From positions 1 through 34,981 of the forward strand of contig JBFEXS010000010.1 in the NCBI GenBank assembly GCA_041562555.1: a DNA stretch of 34,981 bases, in the 5' to 3' direction. Under the pieces are notes generated by a model. It was not told the DNA's origin, made no database searches, and was given only the letters and a program-made list of their open reading frames with translations. Source of the DNA: Sulfurimonadaceae bacterium. GTDB lineage: Bacteria > Campylobacterota > Campylobacteria > Campylobacterales > Sulfurimonadaceae. This document shows, piece by piece, positions 18,161 to 26,244 of the stretch; the stretch's first letter is position 1; each line of letters begins with the position of its first letter. The position numbers and the translations under genes were made by a program.

Positions 18161-19231
18161 TTATACATAAACCACCTTGTTTCTCCCACTCTCTTTTGCC
18201 TCGTAAAGTGCTTTGTCTGCAGCAATAATCATATCGTCTATACTTAGGTTTTCCTCGATTTCAGTCACTCCAAACGATGCTGTAACAGGTTTCCCATCAA
18301 CAAGCATCTTCTCTTCCATAGTCGTACGAATCCGCTCGGCAATATGTGTCGCGGACATTATATCTGTCTGAGGCAGAAGGACAACAAACTCTTCCCCTCC
18401 ATACCGTGCCGCCGTATCCACTTCACGGATACACTCAAGAATAAGATTCGCTACGCTTATCAATACTTCATCACCCTTTTGATGCCCATAGGTATCATTG
18501 ATGCTTTTAAACTTATCGACATCCATGATGATGAAGGAAAAGACCTCTTTTTGGCGGCGATACCGTGCATGCAGGTACTCCATTTTACTCATCAATGCCG
18601 ATCGATTGTTCAAGCCTGTCAAATGATCCGTGGAAGCTTCAATCTCTTTCTCTTTATATAATATCTCCAGATCTTTATTCGCAGCCTTAAGTTGTGAACT
18701 TTGCAAAGAAATCACTTCCTGATAGGTCTTATTTGTCTGTACATAAATAATAACAAAGAAACTGATAAGGGCCTGTGTGCTCACCAGTTTAAAGACCTCC
18801 ATATAGCTAAGCCTTGCCTCACCGATATCCAAAAGCGTGACACACAGGAATGAACCTCCCAGAATCACCCCTAAGGCTATTACCTCTTTTATAGGACGTA
18901 AAATCCCTGCAATAATAGGTAAAAAGATAAACAGCACGGTACTTTCAATGGGACTCACATTAAACAGGAGATTCCAGTAGATCGGAAGTGACATCACAAT
19001 GATGAAGACACGGGTAGCAAATACGTATCCCAACTCTTTTCGCAGCGTAAAATAGAGCAATGCCATACTTGTAAGGGCAAAGGAGACTTCCAGGACGGCC
19101 AATATTTTTGAATAAAAGAACCAATCAAAGGTCGCCATTAAAAATGCAACAACGACCACCCCTTTGAGCATTAAGCGGAAAACGGTTTTTTCAATTTCCC
19201 AGTCATCAAACCATGTGAAAAATTTTTGCAT
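18161..19231 (-). CDS. Membrane-bound diguanylate cyclase (GGDEF)
   Basis: About 5-6 N-terminal TM segments; DHLTGLNNR, DVDKFKSINDTYGH..GD, RxxD I-site (REVD) and RYGGEEF. Confidence 0.93.
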   Translation of the reverse strand: MQKFFTWFDDWEIEKTVFRLMLKGVVVVAFLMATFDWFFYSKILAVLEVSFALTSMALLYFTLRKELGYVFATRVFIIVMSLPIYWNLLFNVSPIESTVLFIFLPIIAGILRPIKEVIALGVILGGSFLCVTLLDIGEARLSYMEVFKLVSTQALISFFVIIYVQTNKTYQEVISLQSSQLKAANKDLEILYKEKEIEASTDHLTGLNNRSALMSKMEYLHARYRRQKEVFSFIIMDVDKFKSINDTYGHQKGDEVLISVANLILECIREVDTAARYGGEEFVVLLPQTDIMSATHIAERIRTTMEEKMLVDGKPVTASFGVTEIEENLSIDDMIIAADKALYEAKESGRNKVVYV

Positions 19232-19310
19232 ACATATCCATTGCTATTTCTTATTACGCATGGTAACATTAATAACATGAATATCCCGTAAAATCGCCTT
19301 CTATAAACTT

Positions 19311-20162
19311 CTAGACCTTTTCACTCTTTCTAATCAGGTAAATGAATATTGCAAAGACAAAGATAAGTAAAGAGACTGCACCGATAAGCAGTGCAGCATG
19401 AGGAAGATCCTTATAATCGACCAAAGATATTTTAAAGACGACAAGCAGTGATTCAATCAAGAGTGCGATAATGATAGATACCGAAAACTTCAAAAGTGTC
19501 TTTGCATTGAAGCCTTCACTCTTATGATGGGTACTTGGCAGGACTTCTTCATCCAACACCGTTTTACCCAAATCATACACTGCCAATCCAAGGGTCAGCG
19601 CAATGATCGGCTTGAAAACTGTCTCCAAACTGAGAATCTTGTCCCCAAAGATATAGCCGCCAAAGTCAAAAAATCCATACAGCACAAGAAAAATACTGAA
19701 AAAAAGCAGCCCCCCGCCTATACAGGCATAGGCAAACTTATTCACAAGGTTCATACCTTTTTGCGTCTGGATCAAATCAAATCGTTCCAGCAAGGATCGT
19801 ACTTTAAAGTCCAAGAAAAGATATCCCGTTTCTGTCTTGCACACGACAGTGACGCACAGGTTTCCTGTCGCGGTCGAGAGATAAGGTTCATGCAGATAAA
19901 AGGTGTAGTGTAAGGTACTGACCAAATATTTGCGATCATACGCTCTAGGCAGCGTCACCCGCTTATCCCTATAATAATTATCCGAATGTTGAATATATCC
20001 CTCATCGGAAGTGTAAATAAGTTCCAGTGACGGAAAAGCGAGGAAAAGATTTTCTACAAGCTCCTCTTCGGCATAATCTAAATTTGTCTGCTTCAAGGAT
20101 GAAAGTAAAAAATCCTGAATAAGCTCTTTATTATGGTTATAGATCTGAACTAAATTTTGCAT
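19311..20162 (-). CDS. PDC/Cache-like sensor domain fused to a 4-TM (PsiE-like) domain
   Basis: EPYLS.ATG.LC.TV Cache-like motif followed by four hydrophobic helices (IIALLIESLLVVFK). Confidence 0.7.
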   Translation of the reverse strand: MQNLVQIYNHNKELIQDFLLSSLKQTNLDYAEEELVENLFLAFPSLELIYTSDEGYIQHSDNYYRDKRVTLPRAYDRKYLVSTLHYTFYLHEPYLSTATGNLCVTVVCKTETGYLFLDFKVRSLLERFDLIQTQKGMNLVNKFAYACIGGGLLFFSIFLVLYGFFDFGGYIFGDKILSLETVFKPIIALTLGLAVYDLGKTVLDEEVLPSTHHKSEGFNAKTLLKFSVSIIIALLIESLLVVFKISLVDYKDLPHAALLIGAVSLLIFVFAIFIYLIRKSEKV

Positions 20163-20317
20163 ACTTTATTATACGCCATTACAGACATATTTACATCGAA
20201 ACAGTGGCTAAAATATCAGCACCGACTTTTTAAAGCCTGGGACCTAGCCCTGACCTATAAGGATTTTTGCAAGAACTCTGATGTATAATTTATCACTTAG
20301 AAAATGAAAGATTTATT

Positions 20318-20791
20318 ATGAACTTAACACATTTGGACGAAAACGACAGACCAAAGATGGTAGATGTCTCTGAAAAAGACCAGACTACCCGCGTTGCTGT
20401 AGCCAGCGGTATCATCTCCATGAGTCAAGAGGCCTTTAATGCTATCGTGGATAACAAAACAAAGAAAGGGCCTGTAATCCAAACAGCTGTTATCGCAGCA
20501 ATAATGGGGGTCAAAAAGACATCTGATCTCATCCCTATGTGTCATCCCCTGAACCTTTCAGGGATCAACTGTGATATTGAAGAACTACCGGAACTACCTG
20601 GATTCAAGCTCTATGTCACAGCAAAGTTGACAGGACAGACCGGTGTTGAGATGGAAGCACTTACTGGAACAAGTATAGGCCTGCTCACTATCTATGATAT
20701 GGTCAAGGCCATTGACAAGAGTATGGTTATCTCACACGTCCAGCTTGAGTCCAAAGAAGGAGGCAAAAGTGGTGAATATAAACGATCTTGA
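20318..20791 (+). CDS. moaC: Cyclic pyranopterin monophosphate synthase MoaC
   Basis: LTHLD...[28 protein letters not shown] and K.GGKSG motifs. Confidence 0.97.
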   Translation: MNLTHLDENDRPKMVDVSEKDQTTRVAVASGIISMSQEAFNAIVDNKTKKGPVIQTAVIAAIMGVKKTSDLIPMCHPLNLSGINCDIEELPELPGFKLYVTAKLTGQTGVEMEALTGTSIGLLTIYDMVKAIDKSMVISHVQLESKEGGKSGEYKRS

Positions 20792-21038
20792 TCAAAAACT
20801 TGAACTTGACTACCCTTGTAACTGGAAATATAAGGTGATCACTGAACATGAAGATCATACCAAAGAGGCTATTTTGGATGTGATCAATGAGCGTATGCAC
20901 ACCTTGACCCATTCCAATAGCTCTAAAAGCGGTAAGTATGTCAGCATGAATTTAGAACTTTTAGTGCACAATGAAGATGATAGAAACTTTATTTACGAAG
21001 CGCTAAAAGCACATCAAAAAGTCAAAATGGTTCTATAA
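20769..21038 (+). CDS. DUF493/YbeD (HP0495-like) protein
   Basis: LDYPC.W.YKVI...S.SS.GKY.S...VKMVL; GTG start at 20769 or 20772, overlapping the end of moaC. Confidence 0.88.
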   Translation: MVNINDLDQKLELDYPCNWKYKVITEHEDHTKEAILDVINERMHTLTHSNSSKSGKYVSMNLELLVHNEDDRNFIYEALKAHQKVKMVL

Positions 21039-21072
21039 TCATTATCCTATTCTGTATATTAGAAGGAAAATC

Positions 21073-22140
21073 ATGCACAACGAACAACTTGAACGTGACC
21101 TATCGGACAAATGTAGTTCTCTCGAAGGACTTGATACAGCACAACAAAAACAAGCTATAGAAAAAGTCCTTGCCCATCTTGAAAAAGAGTGGAATTCAGA
21201 CCTTTCAAATCTGAATAATGTTGAGCTCAAAGCACTCTCCTCTTCTGTCATATCTCAGGCGACCAAAGGTCTGACTCAGGATCTTGAGGAGCTCCTATTG
21301 CAGAAGGAACGTATTGAGCGTCAGCTTGACAAGAAAACCCATGAACTTCAGAGTAAAAAACACCTTCTTTTTGCTACCATTGAAGGCCTTATCCTTGAAA
21401 AAGGAGCTACTGCCCAAAGCGTCTCCAGATTGCACAGTCTTGAGATGCAATCCATGGACCTGTTAAACCTCCTTGAGGAGATGGTCGAATCTGCCATCAT
21501 CACGACCCTCGAAAAGGGTTCCAACATTGAAGAGACAATCGAGGAACTGGCCAAAGAAATCACTTTGCAAACCCTCAACGAAGGGATACTCTCTGCCGCA
21601 CGTATTCGTCACATAATCTCCACTATTCTTAAAACAGCGATAGAGGTGGCAGAAGCTACGCCAAACTCTGCCGGTGTTATTCTAGAGGGAACGATCAAGG
21701 GAATGCGCACAGGACTGATCCGTGCACTGGATCGCTTTAAACAGAAGTTTATCTTCACTCCTGATGAAGCCAAAGCCGTACTGATTGATGATCCTCAGAC
21801 CCTCTATAATGAACTGCACCACACGGACATGCTTTTCATCCAGACTATTGAATCTTTGAGTATGCAAAGCTCAAAAGAGATCAAAGCAGAATTGGAAAAC
21901 ATTCTAACAGATATACGTTATGACATGGAAGAACTCAAACTGATCTCCAAAGAGACTTTGGAGATACTCGGAGACAAGCTTTCTATTTTTGCAAAAGAGG
22001 CGATGCAAAGAAGTTCCCATATTCTCCAAAGTAAAAAAGCACAAGAGGCTAAGCAGATGGGTGTCCATGCCTGGAGTGTTGCCCGATCCGTTATTGATGG
22101 TGCTATTAAGGGTGCCAAGGATGCTATCGATAAGAAATAA
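21073..22140 (+). CDS. Hypothetical all-alpha/coiled-coil protein
   Basis: 355-aa ORF with AAGGA RBS; heptad-rich; no catalytic motif recognised. Confidence 0.75.
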   Translation: MHNEQLERDLSDKCSSLEGLDTAQQKQAIEKVLAHLEKEWNSDLSNLNNVELKALSSSVISQATKGLTQDLEELLLQKERIERQLDKKTHELQSKKHLLFATIEGLILEKGATAQSVSRLHSLEMQSMDLLNLLEEMVESAIITTLEKGSNIEETIEELAKEITLQTLNEGILSAARIRHIISTILKTAIEVAEATPNSAGVILEGTIKGMRTGLIRALDRFKQKFIFTPDEAKAVLIDDPQTLYNELHHTDMLFIQTIESLSMQSSKEIKAELENILTDIRYDMEELKLISKETLEILGDKLSIFAKEAMQRSSHILQSKKAQEAKQMGVHAWSVARSVIDGAIKGAKDAIDKK

Positions 22141-22145
22141 TCCCC

Positions 22146-22862
22146 TTATCGGTGCACCTCATACTTCATAAAATTATTTCCCTTGATCACCTTGATCAAA
22201 AGACGGTTGTAGACTTCCCGCATCTGTGAATAATTTGTCATCTGCGTTGCAGCCAACAGGCCGGTGAATGGTTCGCCCATAGCACGTTTGTGCGCGCGCA
22301 TAGCACGAAACCCTTCATAAGATCTATGTCGGTTCAGATTTAGCATATATCGTGCAATGGATTCATCCAGAGTCTCAAAAATGCGCAGTTTATGCGTCGC
22401 ATTTTCATCTCTTCCCTCGGGTATAAGTCCCTTTTCGCCCCATGTCCATTCACCGAATAGATTGTTCCCTTCCCGTGCAAACCGACTATCTCCCCAGGCA
22501 CTTTCTACAGCAGATTGTGCCAAAACCAAAGAGACGGGAATCGTATCGATCTTCTCAAGATATTCAGCCTCATTATACATCTGCTTGATGCGATATTTCT
22601 TAGAGATCTTGATCAAACGGACCATGTCATAACGGGCCTTTAAAGAGTAGGTAAAAAGATACTTTCCAAAGAACTTCTCGACAAAGGCTCTGTCCGACAA
22701 GATCTCTTTTTCTGCCTGTCTTATCTTAGGAAGAAGTGTATTGATGAAGATGGATTTTTTAAGTTTAGAGTCCCGAATTTTGTAATAGGTATCCGGAAAC
22801 CCCGCTTCAAAAGCGTGGAGTGTTGTCAATAATAGAAATAGTACGAAGCATATTCTAATCAC
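22146..22862 (-). CDS. Glucosaminidase-domain (Bax-like, GH73) protein
   Basis: IP.SLVLAQSAVESAWG.SRFA.EGNNLFG and YM.NLN.H..Y..FR motifs; GTG start at 22862 after GGGGA yields a signal peptide. Confidence 0.88.
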   Translation of the reverse strand: MIRICFVLFLLLTTLHAFEAGFPDTYYKIRDSKLKKSIFINTLLPKIRQAEKEILSDRAFVEKFFGKYLFTYSLKARYDMVRLIKISKKYRIKQMYNEAEYLEKIDTIPVSLVLAQSAVESAWGDSRFAREGNNLFGEWTWGEKGLIPEGRDENATHKLRIFETLDESIARYMLNLNRHRSYEGFRAMRAHKRAMGEPFTGLLAATQMTNYSQMREVYNRLLIKVIKGNNFMKYEVHR

Positions 22863-22905
22863 AAGTCCCCCGACAAATTTGTTTCTGTAATTTTTAGAGG
22901 CGCCT

Positions 22906-23646
22906 TTAGATATGTGTGACAAAAACTTTTCTCACATCCCCTGTAAAAGTAATTATACCATTTTCCAGACCCAGAAGGAGCTCTTCCGCGCTTGTCGGCT
23001 TTACCACGCTTGTGTCACCAACCATTTTTTCCTGATTTGCACGATAAAAACAAGCTGCCATTCCCGTTCCACATGCGAGCGTCTCGTCCTCGACCCCTCT
23101 TTCATACGTACGTACACGGATATGATCCGATTCAACAGAAGCGATATTCACATTACAGTTATATTTATGACGCAGTTCGCGGGCTTGTTCGATATCAAAG
23201 GTGTTGATATCCCCATCAAAGGTGACCAGATGCGGTACTCCGGTATCAATAAGCCACCAGGATTTTCCGTATTCATGAACAGCATCATCTAATATTTTCG
23301 GTGGTGTCAGATCACTACGGACCCTCGTCCCATCTACCTGACAAGAAATTTCACCTGCAAGGGTGAGAAAGCGCATGTTCGCCGAAGCCAGATGGTTATC
23401 AAAAGCGTAGTGCGCACATGCGCGTGAACCGTTTCCGCACATCTCTGCAGAACTTCCATCTGCATTATAAAAACACCATTCAAAATCCAGTGTATCGTGG
23501 GGTACCAATACGATAAGTCCATCCGCACCAATACCTTCTTGACGATGACACAAGCTCTTTGCCAGAGCAGAGAAGTCCTCTTTTACAAAAGTATGAAAGA
23601 TGACAAAATCATTTCCGCTAGCCGAATATTTTACTATCTGTCGCAT
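22906..23646 (-). CDS. dapF: Diaminopimelate epimerase
   Basis: SGNDF, GIGADG, NADGS.AEMCGNG.R, DTGVPH and RTYERGVE.ETLACGTG motifs. Confidence 0.97.
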   Translation of the reverse strand: MRQIVKYSASGNDFVIFHTFVKEDFSALAKSLCHRQEGIGADGLIVLVPHDTLDFEWCFYNADGSSAEMCGNGSRACAHYAFDNHLASANMRFLTLAGEISCQVDGTRVRSDLTPPKILDDAVHEYGKSWWLIDTGVPHLVTFDGDINTFDIEQARELRHKYNCNVNIASVESDHIRVRTYERGVEDETLACGTGMAACFYRANQEKMVGDTSVVKPTSAEELLLGLENGIITFTGDVRKVFVTHI

Positions 23647-24264
23647 CTACTTGTACCTCTCGTAATAGTTTGTTTCTGTCTTGATTCTGTCTACAAAAGC
23701 CTCAACCTCTGCTTGCAGATGTTTCAGTTTCGAGCTGTTGTCAATGACCCACGTTGCCCTTTTTTTCTTCTCGTCAATACTCATTTGTGAATTGATACGG
23801 AGCTTCGCCTCTTCTTCGCTCAGTCCGTTGCGTTTCATATAACGTTCCAACTGTACCTCAGGCGGGGTATAGACGACAACACTGTCCTTAATATCATAGG
23901 CACCGTTTTCAAAGAAGAGAGGTATATCAATCAAATAGGGGAATTCACGGGAGTCAAACTCTTTGGCACGTTTTTCGATCTCTACGCGGATCAAAGGGTG
24001 TATAAAAGCCTCTAGTTCTCTTTTTTTCTGCTCATCGGTGAAGATTATCTTACCCAGTTCTGTACGCAGGACCTTGCCTTTGCGTACATACTCATCACCG
24101 AACATCTTGGCAATAGTATCACTATGTTGATCCAGGAGCTCATGGGCGATCTCATCGGCATCAATAACCGCGATTCCATGCAGCTTCATCAAAGATGCTA
24201 CTGTACTTTTACCCGTGGCAATTCCGCCTGTCAAGGCGATGGCATACTGATAGAGTTCTGCCAT
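23647..24264 (-). CDS. coaE: Dephospho-CoA kinase
   Basis: LTGGIATGKSTV, IDAD, HP.I, DIPLFFE and RI.SQ motifs. Confidence 0.96.
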   Translation of the reverse strand: MAELYQYAIALTGGIATGKSTVASLMKLHGIAVIDADEIAHELLDQHSDTIAKMFGDEYVRKGKVLRTELGKIIFTDEQKKRELEAFIHPLIRVEIEKRAKEFDSREFPYLIDIPLFFENGAYDIKDSVVVYTPPEVQLERYMKRNGLSEEEAKLRINSQMSIDEKKKRATWVIDNSSKLKHLQAEVEAFVDRIKTETNYYERYK

Positions 24265-24809
24265 TAATTTTTAATAATACCTTTGTAGGTTGCGCGAACA
24301 TAGTTCGGCATTGCGAAAGATGATACGTGAATATCACAGTTATAATATGAAAGACCATCAATCAGGTCTGAACGATGAAGGATTACATCTGCTGTCGGGT
24401 GGTACTCTTTGGAAGCCAAGATCATTGTCTTGTCTTCTGCACGATACGGCATCACTACTTTGAAATACTCGCCGATTGCATTTAACTGCTCTTTTGTCGT
24501 TGCTTCATCATCCAAAGAAGCATTAAGTGCAGAGATCAATCCGTCTTCTTTTACAATACGGTTCAAGTGTGCATAGGTTGCGCGGGAGATCTCAGCATCT
24601 GAATCGATCAACACGATATCGAAACTATTGTCTTCTCCATTGGCAATACTGTCTAATCCGCCCACAGTAACGTTTAAACCATTGTGACGTTGTAATTCAG
24701 TCTGAATACCTTCCGGTGCATTACTCACCAATAGTACGCTTTTTGGTGCTTTATGTGAACATACCGGAATGTGTGCCATCATCTCATTATAAATAAATTC
24801 TTTACTCAT
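24264..24809 (-). CDS. Short spermidine-synthase-like (SpeE-like) protein
   Basis: FIYNEMMAH.P...H..PK.VL, ASK.YHP and YYN.DIH...F.MP motifs; upstream of coaE as with Helicobacter speE; only 181 aa. Confidence 0.8.
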   Translation of the reverse strand: MSKEFIYNEMMAHIPVCSHKAPKSVLLVSNAPEGIQTELQRHNGLNVTVGGLDSIANGEDNSFDIVLIDSDAEISRATYAHLNRIVKEDGLISALNASLDDEATTKEQLNAIGEYFKVVMPYRAEDKTMILASKEYHPTADVILHRSDLIDGLSYYNCDIHVSSFAMPNYVRATYKGIIKN

Positions 24810-24946
24810 TGTTCTTTATCCTATATGTACCCGTATCAAGGGTAATTTAATTAGCGGGATTTTAGCATGTTAGTATTAAAGCGGTTTGAAAGGAATATGC
24901 TAAGTATGATCACTTAAGCTAAGGCCTGTAAGACAAAAAGCAATTC

Positions 24947-25450
24947 CTACACCAGACTTTTTTTTTCTCTATCCAACATTTTAGCCATTATGTTGATAGG
25001 AAAACTTGAGGAGAGGAACTGATACTCATTATCTGCATACGAAAACGACTCTCTGGCCCGCATAAGTGAAAGTTTCATTTGATCTAACTGTTGTGTTATA
25101 GGTGAGTTAAATGCATTGATATGCGCTTTGGCATCTTTCTCTAGATGCAGTAGAAAATCATAAAACTCTCTCGCTTCAGCCCCATCCACATCACCAAGGA
25201 TAGGATAGTCCGTATGGTGCTCTTGGACATAAGACTGCAGCTCTTCATAAAATGCCTTGTCATGGGCCATAAGAGGCTCTAGTTCATTAAGTATATAGCT
25301 AAGTTGATGGTAATGTTTTTGCATCAGCTGATGTAATTCATAGGACTCACGTTCGAGTTTCTGACGCTTATTCATCCAGATCATGTAGAAGATTGAAATA
25401 GTGACTAACACAACTAACAGCATAAAACCAAGCAGAGTAAAAAACGTCAT
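24947..25450 (-). CDS. Membrane-anchored helical protein, LemA-like
   Basis: N-terminal TM segment, helical body and C-terminal AR..F.....Y......FP.NI.A..L resembling LemA. Confidence 0.55.
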   Translation of the reverse strand: MTFFTLLGFMLLVVLVTISIFYMIWMNKRQKLERESYELHQLMQKHYHQLSYILNELEPLMAHDKAFYEELQSYVQEHHTDYPILGDVDGAEAREFYDFLLHLEKDAKAHINAFNSPITQQLDQMKLSLMRARESFSYADNEYQFLSSSFPINIMAKMLDREKKSLV

Positions 25451-25513
25451 TATACACCCTTAGAACAAGTTCATTTATAGTAGCAATATGAAACTGAAAC
25501 AGGGCTATATATT

Positions 25514-25837
25514 TTAGACTAATTGATCTCTTTTCTCTTCTAAAAATCGAGACAATTCTTCGTAGCGACCATTATATGGGCTTTGAAAGCTTCCAAGCAA
25601 ACCAATGTATTTTTCATAATTTTTCCAAACTTTTTGGGAGGCTTCCGGGCGTCCACGTTTGATCAATTCAAAAGATACCGCTGCATTAATAAAACCTTTG
25701 ATCAATTTCATCTCATCGTTCTCCTCGAAGCGTCGAGGAAACCAGATCTCTTCCAATGCCTCATGGGCATCATAAAAACGCTGCTCATTAATACATTCGA
25801 CATATCTGTCAATGTATCCGTCATATTCCGTTATCAT
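25514..25837 (-). CDS. DUF309 family protein
   Basis: FYDAHEALEEIW...KGFINAAV motif. Confidence 0.88.
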   Translation of the reverse strand: MITEYDGYIDRYVECINEQRFYDAHEALEEIWFPRRFEENDEMKLIKGFINAAVSFELIKRGRPEASQKVWKNYEKYIGLLGSFQSPYNGRYEELSRFLEEKRDQLV

Positions 25838-26159
25838 CGTTGTCCTTGTCTAAGATTTGAAAATGCTTTCTCCAATATCCTCTACCGCCTTTAAGGGATA
25901 TACAGTGATGCTTGGGGAACTTCTCCTTGTACTCTTGCAATCTGTCCTTTGTCGCCTTCCCGGTATCACAATAGAAGACAAAGATGGAATCTTCAGGCAT
26001 ATCTTTGAGTAATACGGGATTATAGGTCATGGTGTCTACGTATTCAATGGGATTCAAGATCGTATCTATCAGAAGAACTTTTACACCCTCTTTTTCGAGG
26101 AGCTGCTTTTGACGTAAAAACTCTTCTTGTGTCCATTCATCGGGAAAAATGTTGCTCAT
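25821..26159 (-). CDS. Rhodanese-like single-domain protein
   Basis: VFYCDTG...SLKGG...W pattern. Confidence 0.6.
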   Translation of the reverse strand: MSNIFPDEWTQEEFLRQKQLLEKEGVKVLLIDTILNPIEYVDTMTYNPVLLKDMPEDSIFVFYCDTGKATKDRLQEYKEKFPKHHCISLKGGRGYWRKHFQILDKDNDDNGI

Positions 26160-26244
26160 TTGCTTACTTTTTTATCTTTCTTGCAAGAATATCAAATTCA
26201 CTTTGCAAGAATGCTTATAAAGTTTATTTAGCTAAAATTAGCCT

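Noticed and set aside
20163..20317. Moco riboswitch upstream of moaC (GCCTGGGACCTA...GACCTA)
   Set aside because: The likely -10 box (TATAAT at 20284-20289) lies downstream of this sequence, leaving too short a leader, and the multi-stem fold is not evident. The 6-bp GACCTA repeat is too weak to call.
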